A DNA stretch of 64,000 nt from Octopus vulgaris (lineage: Eukaryota), in the NCBI GenBank assembly GCA_951406725.2, contig OX597815.1:171306001-171370000 (forward strand), written 5' to 3'. Below are positions 41,758 to 55,062 of the stretch, one piece after another; positions within the stretch are counted from its first letter, which is position 1; the number at the start of each line of letters is the position of its first letter. The position numbers and the translations under genes were made by a program. The notes under the pieces are model-generated. The model was not told the DNA's origin and searched no databases. It worked only from the letters and a program-made list of their open reading frames with translations.

Positions 41758-41800
<43 letters not shown>

Positions 41801-42078
41801 CATATATATACACATATATATAGTTGAAATTATAGAAAAACAAAAGGGGCAGACAGGTATATGAACATATATATATGTTGTTGACATCATAAGAATTTTA
41901 TAGACTTTCAAGAGAATCTCAAATAATTCTTTTGGGGAAAAACAGTTCTCGGAGCATATCGCATACAGTTATAAAGAAAGAATAGCATTTAAATATTGGG
42001 TTGCAAATGTAGCTGTATGTGATGTGCTTCGAGAACCATTATTCTAGAAGGGAATTGTTTTATATATATATGTTTTTG

Positions 42079-42155
<77 letters not shown>

Positions 42156-42716
42156 TGTTTGTCTGTCTGTCTGTCTGTGTGTTTTGTGTAGCATGGACCA
42201 GACTGAAAGGACACATCTATGATCAAAGGCACTTCAACTGTAACGTTTAAAATATCATTTCCTTGTTTCAAACAGTTTGATGGAATTTCAGAAACAGCTC
42301 GCTGCTATTTCCAGCAAGACGATTGACTATATATAGGCTTGCACAATTGGCGGATGGTAGAAATTGTTGGTCACTAAATAAAATACCAGCATCATTTTGT
42401 CTTGTCTTTTTCTGTCCCAGAGTTTAAATATAATTCGTTTGGGTTTTACTTAACTCAATCTCTCGTGGTTATGAGAGATCACTTTACAGCCACGTTGTTT
42501 CGGGTTCAGTTCCATTGCGCGGCACCTTGAGCAAGGCTTTTCTACTTTAACCTTGGACTGACCAACGCCGTGTGAGTGAATTTGTTAGATGGAAAGTGTG
42601 TTGAATCCATAGGGGGGGGGTTGTTCAACGGATCAGATGAGAATACCTCACTAGATTTTTTTTAAACTTGTTATAATGAGTACTAACCTGAAGCCAACAC
42701 TTGTAGTGTATAGTTA

Positions 42717-42896
42717 TACTCTTTTACTTGTTTCAGTCATTTGACTGCGGCCATGATGGGGCATCGCCTTTAGTCGAGCAAATCGACCCCAGAACTTATT
42801 CTTTGTAAGCCTAGTATTGATTTCTTTTGCCGAACCGCTAAGTTGCGGTGACGGAAACACACCAGCATAAGTTGTCAAGTGATGTTGGTGGGACAA

Positions 42897-42978
<82 letters not shown>

Positions 42979-43298
42979 TTATATATATATATAAAGTTAA
43001 TCCAAACAAGAAAGCACAAAAAAACACAACAACGCGAGGACGTGGAACAAATATAGTATTATTGGACTCTCAGGTTTAACGTTTCGAGCGGAGCTCTTCG
43101 TCGGAAACATAGGAGAAGGGAAGACAGAGGAAAAAAATCGCCAACGGTACACACGCGGTCACATATACATATATGTAAAAAAAATACAAACTGGGACAAG
43201 AACGCAAAACATTTAGAAGACGATACAAAAACACGGACGGGACATTCGAAGCCTTCAATCTTCAGTCAAGAATGGATCATCCTCGCAATTTCGGCTGA

Positions 43299-43371
<73 letters not shown>

Positions 43372-43510
43372 CGGGCTTCTTTCAGTTTCCGTCTACCAAA
43401 TCCACTCACAAGGCTTTGGTCAGCCCGAGGCTATAGTAGAAGACACTTGCCCAAGGTGTCATGCAGTGGGACTGAACCCGGAACCATGTGGGTGGTAATC
43501 AATCTACTTA
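42717..43510 (-). mobile_element. SINE family B with other repeats nested in its internal (TA)n
   Basis: Family B ends. The insert 42993-43300 includes the minimal HHR and a segment also found at 14770-14897. Confidence 0.8.
43074..43108 (-). ncRNA. Minimal hammerhead-like motif of Penelope type
   Basis: Minus strand: GTTT-CCGACGA-A-GAGC-TCC-GCTC-GAAA-CGTT-AAAC; stem III is the palindrome AACGTT and core position 2 is C instead of U. Confidence 0.5.
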
Positions 43511-44114
43511 CCATACAGCCACTCCTGCAGCTATATAGAAGTTATAAAACTTAGAATGGTTTGTTAATAAGGACGGCATTGCAAATTGTCACGAAATATT
43601 ATTATCTGACACTTGATGAGTGGTTAACGTCCCAATAAACCTTTGCCAACTAACTGCATAGTCACATTTATCAAAATTTAGGCCACACCAATCCTATTAT
43701 CATAATAAGTGTCAATTATCATAATATGCTTTGCTTAGTTACTCTTTTTTAATTTTGTTACAAAGCCGGCAAAGTCTGAGATGAGTGGAGCAGTAGACAA
43801 GTTGTTTACATTGACCCTAGCACTTCAAAGTTACTTTATCTCATCGACCCCGAGGGGATGAATGACAAAGTTGACTTCGATGGGATTTGTATTCAGTATG
43901 CAATGAAGAACAAGAAATACAACAAGGCATTTTATACGATGCTCTAACGATTCTACCAGCTCGCCGCCTTAAAGCCTTCTTGCCTTGCCTATTTATGAAA
44001 TCTTTATTCATTAAAAGTTTCTGAAGGAGTCTGAACCATCGGGAAAAAAAGCTCATGCATGTACAAGCATACACACGCACACACACAGAGACATGCACAC
44101 ACACACACATAAAC

Positions 44115-44146
<32 letters not shown>

Positions 44147-44147
<1 letters not shown>

Positions 44148-44307
44148 GGGAGAGTTTACGAAAAAAAAAAAACAGGTGGTGTACAAAACAAACAGATGTA
44201 TTAGTATAACGCTCAGGAATAGAAAAAGTCTTTTACGTTTCGACCCTACGCTCTTCTACAGAAAGTGACACAGAAAAAAACAAGGAGAGAAAAAATGTGT
44301 GTGGTGA

Positions 44308-44311
<4 letters not shown>
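44147..44311 (-). mobile_element. Second copy of the short repeat with a variant minimal hammerhead (44230-44265)
   Basis: Reverse complement matches 11494-11684; core reads CTGTAGA...GAAACGTAAAAG. Flanked by (TA)n. Confidence 0.5.
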
Positions 44312-44349
<38 letters not shown>

Positions 44350-44350
<1 letters not shown>

Positions 44351-45000
44351 CGGTGAGTGAACTCTCCTCTAAATTACGCAAAAATGAAAATAATACTGGC
44401 ATCTCATTTTAACAGATATATTTACCAAAATTACATAAAAAATATCTTGAAATACTAAAGAGTCAATTTATTCAATAAAATCATCATTGGCTTCAACCAC
44501 ACCCTCCAGACGACTTCGGAATCTCTTGCACCTCTTCTAGACGGTCTCCTTGTTTAAGTTTGTGAATGCTGTCATAATCCTTGCCTTCAGGTCATCTTTG
44601 GTGTTGGTCTCCCACTCAAGTGCACCCAACATATAATAGTCAAGTGGGTTGTAGTCTGAGGATTTAGCTGGCCAGATGTTGGGGGTGATGTGGTCGCAGA
44701 CAGCCATGAGAGGGTTCTCCTGCTTGTGTGACATGGTGAAGAGTCCTGTTGCCAGACATAGGGTCTTCCAGCAGCCACCCTCTAGACCCAGGGTAGCACT
44801 ATTATCCCAGGCATTTGATGTAGGCCTCCGTGTTGAGTCTGAAGCCGTGTGAGGAGATGAATGTAGGCATAACTTAGCCATCACTAGTGATCACTCCAAA
44901 CACCATGATATTGACTGGATGTTTGATTTTTATCATTCACGGAACATGTCCTCAGACTGCAGTGTCCTTAGATTGACACTCACACACTCTGAAATGTCCG
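44350..45000 (-). mobile_element. DD37D/maT transposase 3' fragment
   Basis: AAGRPYVWQQDSSPCHTS; IWPAKSSDYNPLDYY. Confidence 0.75.
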
Positions 45001-45307
45001 TATTGGAGCCTCCGGTGCGAATATCAAACATTGAATATTTAGGAACGACGTCCGACTTTTAACGTGCAGCTGTAAAGGAAACAGTGTAATGCTTTGTTAA
45101 ATATAAACTAAAAATAGCGTGTGTGTCAGAAACACTTCAGAACCACTTAGAAGTCTTCTTAATATGGACAAAATAATTATATCTTCTCATGTGTTTGAAG
45201 TATAGGCTATAACAAAGGCAATATGTTGCTTGAATACAATTATTTTGTATTAGCACTTGTTAACTCTGTATTTAAGCGAATTGTACTTTATTATTAATAC
45301 GTATATA

Positions 45308-45523
45308 CGAAAGGGTGCCGAAAGTTCCTGGATTTGGGTAAAGGAAATACAGGAGGATCAGTTAGTTATAATTCGATTCAAAGTATTCCCCTCTCAGATT
45401 CACAAATTTTTTGAATCGGTCCTTCAGTTTTTCTAAGCTCTGTAAAAAGAACTCGGAAGGTTGGGCCTCCAACTAGGCCTTTCGTGATACCCTTAAAACC
45501 AGGAACTTTTCAGCATCCCCTCA
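45308..45523. mobile_element. Mariner-derived MITE
   Basis: TIRs CGAAAGGGTGCCGAAAGTTCCTGG / CCAGGAACTTTTCAGCATCCCCTCA with TA flanks; second copy at 60988-61171. Confidence 0.75.
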
Positions 45524-45724
45524 TATGTAATATTTCGTTGCAATTTTACAGCACAATTGATATTATTTTCTGTTGCTTTCGTGTTTTTTTCTAAAAGTTT
45601 GTTTTGTATGTATACAGAAGGAAGTAATATCAATCCAAATTTGAAAATCAACGTAAGCAAACGTGGCTCAGTCACAACTCATGGAAAGCTTATTTTCAAT
45701 TCGCTTGATTGCAAAATGTTGCTC

Positions 45725-45751
45725 TTTCTGTATCTCTCTCTCTCTCTCAAT

Positions 45752-45782
<31 letters not shown>

Positions 45783-45930
45783 AATCCCTCCCGCTCTCTC
45801 TCTCTCTATCTCTCTCTCAATCCCTCCCGTTCTCTCTCTCTCTCTCTCAATCCCTCCCTCTCTCTCTCTCTCTCTCTCTGTCTCAATCTCTCCCGCTCTC
45901 TCTCTATCTCTCTATCTATCTCTCTCTCAT
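45725..45930. repeat. CT-rich minisatellite with a recurring CAATCCCTCCC unit
   Basis: Direct reading of the sequence. Confidence 0.85.
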
Positions 45931-46419
45931 TCACGCACAGACACACACACATAAATATATATTCCCTTTTTATGTTAATATTCTAGAAATTTTAAGAACT
46001 TCCTAATAAGTAAACAACAACAAAATTAAATACGTGTTCGAACTTCTAATCCCATCAAATATTAGGAAGCAATCATTATCTCCCTTGTATTAATCGTCCG
46101 ATAAGAGACTCACCGTGATTCTACTTTACGCTGCAACATAGAAGACAACATTATCAGAAACTAACGAGGATGCTTCTTCGTAGTCAAACAACCCGCTAGA
46201 AATAGAAGCTGAATGTTCCATAAATTAAATTCTTTAGTTCGTTTGCACAGTTAAAATACTCAGCGATATTTCTTTCGACTCCTTGCATTCAAATTCCGAC
46301 CTTGTAATCTTTGATATACATCCTTTCGGAATCAATGAAATAAGACACCAGTCAAGTACTAGGGCTCGATTGTATCCCGAAAGCTCAAGCCTGATGCCAA
46401 AATCTGAAATCTTGATCAG

Positions 46420-46709
46420 CTACACAGGCCACAAGTTTGTGATCTCCACAGTCGAGTTAGATAGGACCCGTAGACAGGAACCCATATACTGGAAGTTAAT
46501 CAAGTCCTTATCGGCACACAAAGACTACAGGGAATGGATTAGGGAATTAGTTAAACGGCAGTTGACAGGGGTAATCGTCAACAACTGGTGGAGGCTCACT
46601 CTAAAGCGGGCGACTAGAAAAGAATTGATAGCGTTTAGCAGAGAGTTAGCAACAGAAAGGAATAGATTAGGGAGTGAACTGGCTAGCAAATTAGAATAGG
46701 CGTTATTGG
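46420..46709 (+). mobile_element. Tx1/L1 ORF2 fragment
   Basis: GHKFVISTVELDR...YWKLIKSL, homologous to the 50200-50410 minus-strand segment. Confidence 0.65.
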
Positions 46710-46895
46710 ATGCAAAATTTCCCTTTACAGGATCCTTGGCACATAACAATGTCTTTCCCTTTGTCATCCAGCTGGGTACTGTGCCTTCCTGCAATCACTC
46801 ATCTAGATGTTGCGCTATCCTTTCATGGAACCCTCTCAGCTTCTTTATCCAATAACCTTGGACCCCATCCAGTCCTGGACTCTTCCATCTGACAT
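46710..46895 (-). mobile_element. R4/Dong RT fragment
   Basis: [17 protein letters not shown]...GTVPSWMTKGKTLL. Confidence 0.7.
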
Positions 46896-47355
46896 TACAA
46901 TAGAGAGATGTTTTTGTTTCACTTTTGACACGTAATATTGAAATAGTGGAGAAGATATAATATTGCTGTGGGCTCGCATTAGGAAAAAAGTTAAAACATT
47001 TTTTGCCCATGATACTACATGGGCATGTGTAAAATTTGAATGAAATTGGTTGTGTAGTTCTCAAGTTTTAGGGATTCACACAGACAGACAGACACACACA
47101 CACACACATTCTCAGTTTTATATATATAGATGCTAAACAGAACTGGATGTGGGCACAAGTGTTACGGCAAAACAATCAGCAGCTCTTATATGTGATTGAT
47201 CTAAAACTGTACACTACAAATGATAATCAGCTGGAAACATGAACTTCCAATTTGTTGTCTCTTGAGGTCTCTGGGTGTGACTTGGATCCAGCTTGTGCAA
47301 ATGTAAAGCAAAAGTCAAACATAGAATAATAATAATAATAATGATGATGATGATG

Positions 47356-47434
<79 letters not shown>

Positions 47435-47451
47435 TAAAAAAAAAAAAAAAA

Positions 47452-48367
47452 ATGAAATCCAAACTAAAAATAGAACAGCAACGAACCATGATAAAACGAT
47501 GGCAAGAAAAGCCCCTTCATGGTAAATACTGCACTAAACTAAACGCAAAAGAAATAGACAAAGAAAAATCCCAGCAATGGTTGAGAAGCTCAGGACTCAA
47601 AGCAGAAACAGAGGGATTTTTAATTGCAGCACAAGACCAAAGCCTCCCCACCAGAAATTACCAAAAACATGTAATGAAAAGAAATATTACAAGTAACTGC
47701 AGAATATGTGGAGATGGACAAGAAACAATAAATCATATTATCTCTAGCTGCCCAGTCCTGGCTAAGAAGGAATATATTCACAGACACGACAGAGTTGGAA
47801 CTTACATACATTGGAAGCTATGCCAACATTATGGAATAACAACAGAAAAAAGATGGTATAGGCACACACCAGAAAAGGTCACAGAAAACGAGAAAGCAAC
47901 CATACTCTGGGATATGCCGATACACACAGATAGAGAAATTAAGGCCAACAGACCAGATATAGTTGTCAGAGACCATGAAGAAAAAAAATGCTTTCTAATT
48001 GATGTATCAGTACCGGCAGATGACAACGTGTCTCTAAAAGAAATGGAGAAACTCTCAAAATACAAAGACCTGGAAATAGAGGTAACTAGAATGTGGAATC
48101 TGAAAACAGAAACAATTCCTATCATAGTAGGTGCATTAGGCATGATAAAAAAATATTCAGACAAATACATAACAAAAACACCAGGACTTACAAACACATA
48201 TAACATACAGAAAATTGCACTACTAGGCACTGCACACATCCTACGCAGAACACTTTCCATACAATAACCATCAGAGCATCACAACAAATCACAGCACATA
48301 CCCAAGGCACACAGAGCTGCGCTCGGTAGTGAAGTGAAAGCACGCTATAAAAATAAAAATAAAACTA

Positions 48368-48399
<32 letters not shown>
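47452..48399 (+). mobile_element. Young 5'-truncated R4/Dong-type LINE (uninterrupted C-terminal ORF to 48267) between (TAA)n tracts
   Basis: WQEKPLHG, LKAETEGFLIAAQDQ, CRICGDGQETINHIISSC knuckle, RHD, RPDIV...IDVSVP...K-KY endonuclease. (TAA)n at 47324-47426 and 48371-48399. Confidence 0.9.
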
Positions 48400-48720
48400 G
48401 TTATCATGTACATTGTTTTGTCTTGGTATAAAAGATGGGCTACAGCAAATATTCTGCTCAATACCACAGATTTGCTTGTCAGTTGTTTGACCTTAACCAG
48501 TTGAGCATGTCCCTTAGTGGCTGACGATATGTGCATCTCTGATCACGAGCAGAAGTAGTGGGGGAGCATCATAGCCATGTGTGGAGAGGGATTCTTTGGG
48601 GTTTGAATAGTTCACCTCTGGAAACATGGGTGGTTCTTTCAACATCCTTAAACAACCCTTATTCAGGGACCGTTTGAGCGGGATGGGCTACTCAACCTGA
48701 AGAAAATTCTAACTGGGCCC
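48400..48720. repeat. Unclassified interspersed repeat (second copy 53185-53545)
   Basis: Close match between the two loci (ATAAAAGATGGGCTACAGCAAATATTCTGCTCAATACCAC...). Confidence 0.75.
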
Positions 48721-48774
48721 TATTCTGTCTGGTGTGTTAACGATTCTGCCAGCATGCCGCCTTAATAATACTTT

Positions 48775-49182
48775 TTTCTCTTTACTCTTTTACTTGTTTC
48801 AGTCATTTGACTGCGGCCATGCTGGAGCACCGCCTTTAGACGAGCAAATCGACCTCGGGACTTATTCTTTGTAAGCCCAGTACTTATTCTATCGGTCTCT
48901 TTTGCCGAACCGCTAGGTGACGGGGACGTAAACACACCAGCATCGGTTGTCAAGTAATGCTAGGGGGACACAGACACACAAACATATACACACACATACA
49001 TACATATATATATAAATATATACATATATACGACGGGCTTCTTTCCGTTTCCGTCTACCAAATCCACTCACAAGGCTTTGGTCGGCCCGAGGCTATAGCA
49101 GAAGACACTCGCCCAAGATGCCACGCAGTGGGACTGAACCCGGAACCATGTGATTGGTAAGCAAGCTACTTACCACGCAGCC
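48775..49182 (-). mobile_element. SINE family B
   Basis: Homology to family B. Other copies at 37540-38215 (-), 39365-39680 (-), 42470-42610 (+) and 54810-55340 (+). Confidence 0.85.
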
Positions 49183-49346
49183 AAGAAGAAGAAGAAGAAG
49201 AAGATTGGCTTCAAATGTTAGCAGAAGACTAAGCTGATTATATCGAATCTAGTACTCAGCTGGTACTTATTTTATCGACCCGAAAGGATAAAGGGGATAT
49301 ACGATCTCGGCAAAATTTGAACTCGGAACGTAGAGACGAACGAAAT

Positions 49347-52300
49347 CCCTGATCACGACCCCACCAATGTCAGGTTCTTTACCTACCCTCTCCATGATGT
49401 TTCGCGTGAGGTGGAGGTTATCGTTGATAGATCTGTTTGGGATAGTGCATGTTTGCGTATCACCGACCAGTCTAGCAACGACAAACGCCAACCTCTTCGC
49501 TAGGACCTTGACCAAAATCTTGTAATCTGTGTTTAGCAGAGTTACGGGCCTAAAGTTATCGATAACGTACCCCTTGTTCGGGTCGTTTCTCAACATCACT
49601 ACACCTCGGCTCACTGAAGTGGGAATTCTCCCGTTCTGTTGCCGATTGCAGTAGGCATCTACCAAGAGCTTACCGAACAAGTCTGGCATATGAGTATAAA
49701 GCTCGACGGGCAGACCATCCAAATCCGGAGACCTGTTTCTTGTGAAGCTAGACATCGCTTCACGAATATCTTCGGCTGTTATCGGCATTTCGCAGAACTC
49801 AGAGCCGCGGCAAGCCATCGAAGTAGGAGACGAAACCCAACTTCACTCCGTGCCGCCATGCGCCCCGTACAGTTCAGTGAAGTGCTGCCGAAATTCCGCA
49901 CACACCTGCTTGGACTCGTCTGTCATGCGCCCGTCCGCAACGTCAAAGACCAACTTGTAGTTTTGTTGCCACGTTATGCCTCAGCCACCCAGACCTTTCG
50001 AACAGCTTTCGTTCCCTCATATTTTAGAACACGCGCCCTAGCTCTGACAACACAACCTTCATGCTTAGAGTTGAAGAATTGGACAAGTGCCAATCTCGCC
50101 GTCAGCACGTCGGTCGCTATGCATTTAATAAGTGTCTCTTCTAATTTCCTAACTCGGTCTCCCTCTACTCTAGACTTCACTACCGCTAAATTCAAACGCT
50201 TCTACTCTAATCGCCTTTTTCAGAGCTACCCACCATCAGTTGTTGACAACAGCACCGATCAACTTTCGATGGTCTAACTTGCTAAGCCGGTTTCTGAAAG
50301 CTTGCGCGCCGAGAAGGACGCATTCAGCTTCCAGTATCCAGGTCCCTGCCTATGAAGCCTTTCTAATTCGACCGTACATATCACAAATTTGTGGTTTGTG
50401 TAGCCGACAGTTTTGAATTGTGAACATCCTATGCTATCCTTAACTATTGACCTATAGAACAACCTATCTAAATATTACCGTGATGACCCAATGCGATTTG
50501 CCCAAGTCCACATTGACGCATCCAGGGAATCCAGTCTGCACTTGTCAACAAGTTGGAAGTGACTGAACAGGTTTGTGAGGCTTTTGTCTGTACCTTGAGA
50601 TCCAGTCTTTTCCTGAGCAGCAGTGCCATCCCGCCTCCCATTCCAGGCTAGCTAAGAGATGCGTAAATCTCAAAATCGTCAAAAATGGGGGCAAAAGTGC
50701 GTGGGTCGGAAACCCTGACTTCGCTGACGGCTATCACGTCCAAATGTAGCGACCTGAGGTCATTGAGCAGGTGTCTCCAAGACCACAAGCATTTATATTG
50801 CCTATCTTATGTACGGTCATGTTAAATACAGGAAGAGTAAGGAAGTAGGAGAGAGCTACTTACCGAGGCTTTGGGGGGGAGTGATGGTACATACTCCGTC
50901 CCTCTCACTGGATATGGGTGTTTCCCTTTTGTTATATGACTTTTGAAAATCCCCTACAAAATTAGTCTATTTATTTTTTAATGTGTTGTAAGTGCTCACT
51001 GTTTTGATTATTTTTATGTGCTGTAGTATGTTAGTGTTGACACTTGGTGCAACGAGAGTTCTCTGGTTAATGTCTATGCAATGTTGAATACCTTGCATTA
51101 ATGTCTTGTTTTCTGTGTTTACAGCAGTCGTCAAGTTTATAATTTCTGGTTATTGTTTGTTTGATGGGGAGTAGTTTAACTGTTGTGTGTGTAAATTAAA
51201 TAGCGTCGGTGATGGTTGCAGAGATAGTGATGGCGATGTTGTTATTGTTGGCCGTGTCAGTGGAACTGTTGTTGGAAGTGGTATGTTATTGTTGTTAAGG
51301 CGGCGAGCTGGCAGAATCGTTAGCACGCCGGGTGAAATGCGTAGCCGTATTTCGTCTGTAGCTACGTTCTGAGTTCAAATTCCGCCGAGGTCGACTTTGC
51401 CTTTCATCTTTTCGGGGTCGATAAATTAAGTACCAGTTACGCACTGGGGTCTATGTAATCGACTTAATCCGTTTGTCTGTCCTTGTTTGTCCCCTCTGTA
51501 TTTAGCCCCTTGTGGGTAATAAAGAAATAGGTATTTCGTCTGTCGCTACGTTCTGAGTTCAAAATTCCGCCGAGGTCGACTTTGCCTTTCATTCTTTCGG
51601 GGTCAATAAATTAAGTACCAGTTACGCACTGGGGTCGATGTAATCGACTTAATCCGTTTGTCTGCCTCTGTGTTTAGCCCCTTGTGGGTAGTAAAGAAAT
51701 AGGTATGTTATTGTTGTTACTACTGCTATCCATCTCCGTATGTTCAAATCTACCAGTTTTCTCTGTTCTAGTGCGTGCGTTTTTTTGTCTTTTTCTTTCC
51801 TTTCTTTTAGGTGGCGGGGAACTATTTGCCAATTTTGTTCCTTCCCATCCCTTTCATTTTCGTGGTCCGAAAAGGGGAGGAGGATGTCTTGCAGAACCTA
51901 TTGATTCTTTATTTGAAATTGTTGTTGTGAAGGTTGTGGTGGTGGTGGTGGTGGCAAAAGTGCAGGTCTCTTCTTTCTTTTGTTGCGGGCAGAAAACCTT
52001 TAGCAGGTGTGTGTTCCCCCACAGGTGATATCTTGGCTTTCAGCCCTCGAGAACCACGTATAGTTTTTACCCATTCGGTAGGTTTATATAATCCGGGACA
52101 TTTTCTACACTTTGCTGATCAGTTTGTATTAGCAGCTGCATCCTCCGACCTAACCAGTTGTGTTTGTGAATCTTATGGATTTGCAGAATCTTGGTTTTCT
52201 CCTCTATGTCTCGGAGGATTGCAGCTACTAACCAGCAAATGCTAATTTCTGGTGGACTATTGAGTATTCTGATTCTGTTTACTCTACGTCCCAGGTAGGT

Positions 52301-52834
52301 AGGTATAAGAATTATTTCTTCACTCGTCAGGGTAGCTGTCGAGTTTTTTTTGCTTCCTCCTCTGAGGCGAGCCTCACCTCGATTATCCCATACTTCTTAC
52401 ACCTGGTCACGTAGGTTTTGCTTTTCCACACCGGTTTTAGGCACTTCCCTGCTTGTTGCTGCGTCGCCTATTCGACTTTTCTGCTTCTCACTCCAATTAT
52501 TTTACATAGGTCTGTCCGCAAACTGATTTCATGCTGGACAGTCCTAGGAATGTTTGGCTCCACATTTCTTCAGCATGCATTTAGCATTCCTAGTCTCATT
52601 GTCATCTAAGATAATATCGTCACTCACTTGCCTTGTTGCTTGCGCGAAGTCGAAACCGTTCCGATTAGATTTACTCGTTTCGATACCGTTGTTTTATCGT
52701 CGTTGTTGGCGGTAGAGATGGTAGTGTTTTCGCTTGTGTTGTTGGTGTGATTTTCTTTTGTTTCTGCGGTGGTAAAGAGGAGGAAAGAAGCAAGGGGAAT
52801 TCATTTTCATACGTTCCAGGTGTGCTATTGTTCT

Positions 52835-52866
<32 letters not shown>

Positions 52867-52990
52867 CTACAGCAGTCGCTGTCTTGTGCAACTTCGTTTT
52901 TCTGTCTTGCGGAGAGCCCGCTGTTCTTTTCAGCGGACGGGCGGTTTTCGTTCACCATCTTTGATTTTAGCAGAAAATATGAGGGGTGTC
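49347..52990 (-). mobile_element. Degenerate Tx1/L1-clade LINE: putative ORF1 region, APE and N-terminal RT; 3' part missing; contains a SINE insertion
   Basis: GPGYWKLNAS (end of APE), SPDLDGLPVELY, FRPVTLLNTDYKILVKVLAKRL, QTCTIPNRSINDNL. The upstream low-complexity ORF1-like frames are less certain. Confidence 0.75.
51298..51701 (+). mobile_element. SINE family A, dimeric, with an 18-bp TSD
   Basis: TSD GGTATGTTATTGTTGTTA at 51280-51297 and 51702-51719. Confidence 0.9.
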
Positions 52991-53554
52991 CTAACCCCCC
53001 AAAATACCAAAATAGCCCTTAAGGGCTACATGTGGGCAAGGACTAACCAGTCCACCAGGGCCTGGTTTGTTTAACTAAGTAACAATAACAAATGTACAAT
53101 GTATATCAGTATGAATAACAGAAAAACTTATGCAGCTATGTGAAACACGTTGCTCGCATGGCTTCTAATTTTTACTGATTGGAAGTATTATCATGTACAT
53201 TATTATGTCTTGTTATAAAAGATGGGCTACAGCAAATATTCTGCTCAATACCACAGATTTGCTTGTCAGTTGTTTGACCACAACCAGTTGAGCATGTCTC
53301 TTGGTGGCTGACGATATGTGCATCTCTGATCACGAATATAAGTAGCGGGAGAGCACCATAGTCATGTGTTGAGAGGAATTCTTTGGAGTTTGAATAATTC
53401 ACGAGTGGGATGGGTTATCCGACCTGAAGAAAATTCTAACTGGGCCCCATCTGCAAGTTCATGCGATGTTTATCTTGATATGAGATTACCATATTGCACA
53501 CATATTGGTATTGAGCAGAATATTTACTGTAGCCCATCTTTTATTATTATTGTT

Positions 53555-54266
53555 ATGGAGAGAATGTGTAAGGAAAATGTAGAGCCTGTGAAATTTGGAA
53601 CGAGACAGTGCACATATTGTGAGAGCATGCCCCAATGTGGCACAAGAAGAATATAACAAGTGGAGACATGACCAGGTTCTAAATGTTTTACACTGGGAGC
53701 AGTGCCAGAAACGGGTATTTGAAGCTGGAAACACATGGTATAATCATCGAGTCGAAAGAGTACTGTAGTCGGAGAAATGTAAGATTTTGTGGGACTTTCC
53801 TATGCAAACGGACAAGAAGTTAGATAATAGTAAACCAGACATAACAATCAAAGATAAGAAAAAACGAAGTTACTTACTATTCGACTGATCATACTCTTTT
53901 ATTTCCAGAATCGAAAAGGAAGAGGACGAAAAACAAGAGAATACAACCCCTTAAAATTTGAAATAGGAAGAATTCGGAGTTTGAGAACAGTAAAGGTCGT
54001 ACCTATAATAATTGGTTCGTTGGGAACAGTAAGCCGAGATATAGACAAATGGCTGAAGGAGATTGGAATAGAATGCCCAGTAGAGCTCCGAAAGAAATGT
54101 TGTCTCTTAGGGACAGCAAGGATTATCCGGAGGGTTCTAAACACTTGAAAGACTACTGGAAACTTGTGGGTACCTAAGGTTACAAGTAGTAACTCGCTAC
54201 CCACGTAAATCCTACCAGGAATAAGACCGAACCTGACTCAAACCAAATAATAATAATGATAATAAT
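53555..54266 (+). mobile_element. R4/Dong-type LINE 3' fragment
   Basis: Knuckle remnant, KILWDFPMQTD, KPDITI, VVPIIIGSLGTV, LLGTARIIRRVL; TAA-rich tail. Confidence 0.75.
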
Positions 54267-54969
54267 GTTTTCTAAAAGAGGCATAAAGTCTAACTAGTCG
54301 ATTACATCGAACCCAGTTCTCAATTGGTACTTATCTCATCGAACCCGAAAGGATGAATCGCAAAGTCGACCTCGGTGGCTGTTAAAGTATATCATTTGAA
54401 AATACATTACCTAATTTAGTAGTTTTAATTTTCCATCGCTTCTCTATGATTGTAACTCTATAACTGTAGGGGAGCGTTTTCCATAAACATTTCCACTCCC
54501 TAGAAAATATTTGACATTCTGATCTCAGTTATCTTAAAAACAAAAATAATTGCTATGGGATTAATGGCAAAAGTAGCCTCTAACAATACAAATGATAAAA
54601 ATCCTTCTTTACCGGAAGAGAATGGAATCAAGTTTGCGAATTATCAACTAGAAACGTTGACCAGGTCGGTAAAAAACGACAACAGGATGAACGAATCGCC
54701 AAATAAAACAATAAACAATAAAACAACCACAGCAATACGTAGGACGTAAACAACTTCAACATCAATAACAATAACAACTATTAGAAGACTGAAAATAATT
54801 TTCAAAACGACTATGTGGTAAGAAATTTGTTTCTCAACCACAAGGTTCTGGGTTCAGTCCCACTGCGTGACACCTTCGACGTGTGTCTTCTACTAAGGCC
54901 CCGGGCCGAACATAGCCTTGTGAGTACATCTGGTGGACGGATACTGAAACATACTAGTCGCACACATAG

Positions 54970-55062
<93 letters not shown>

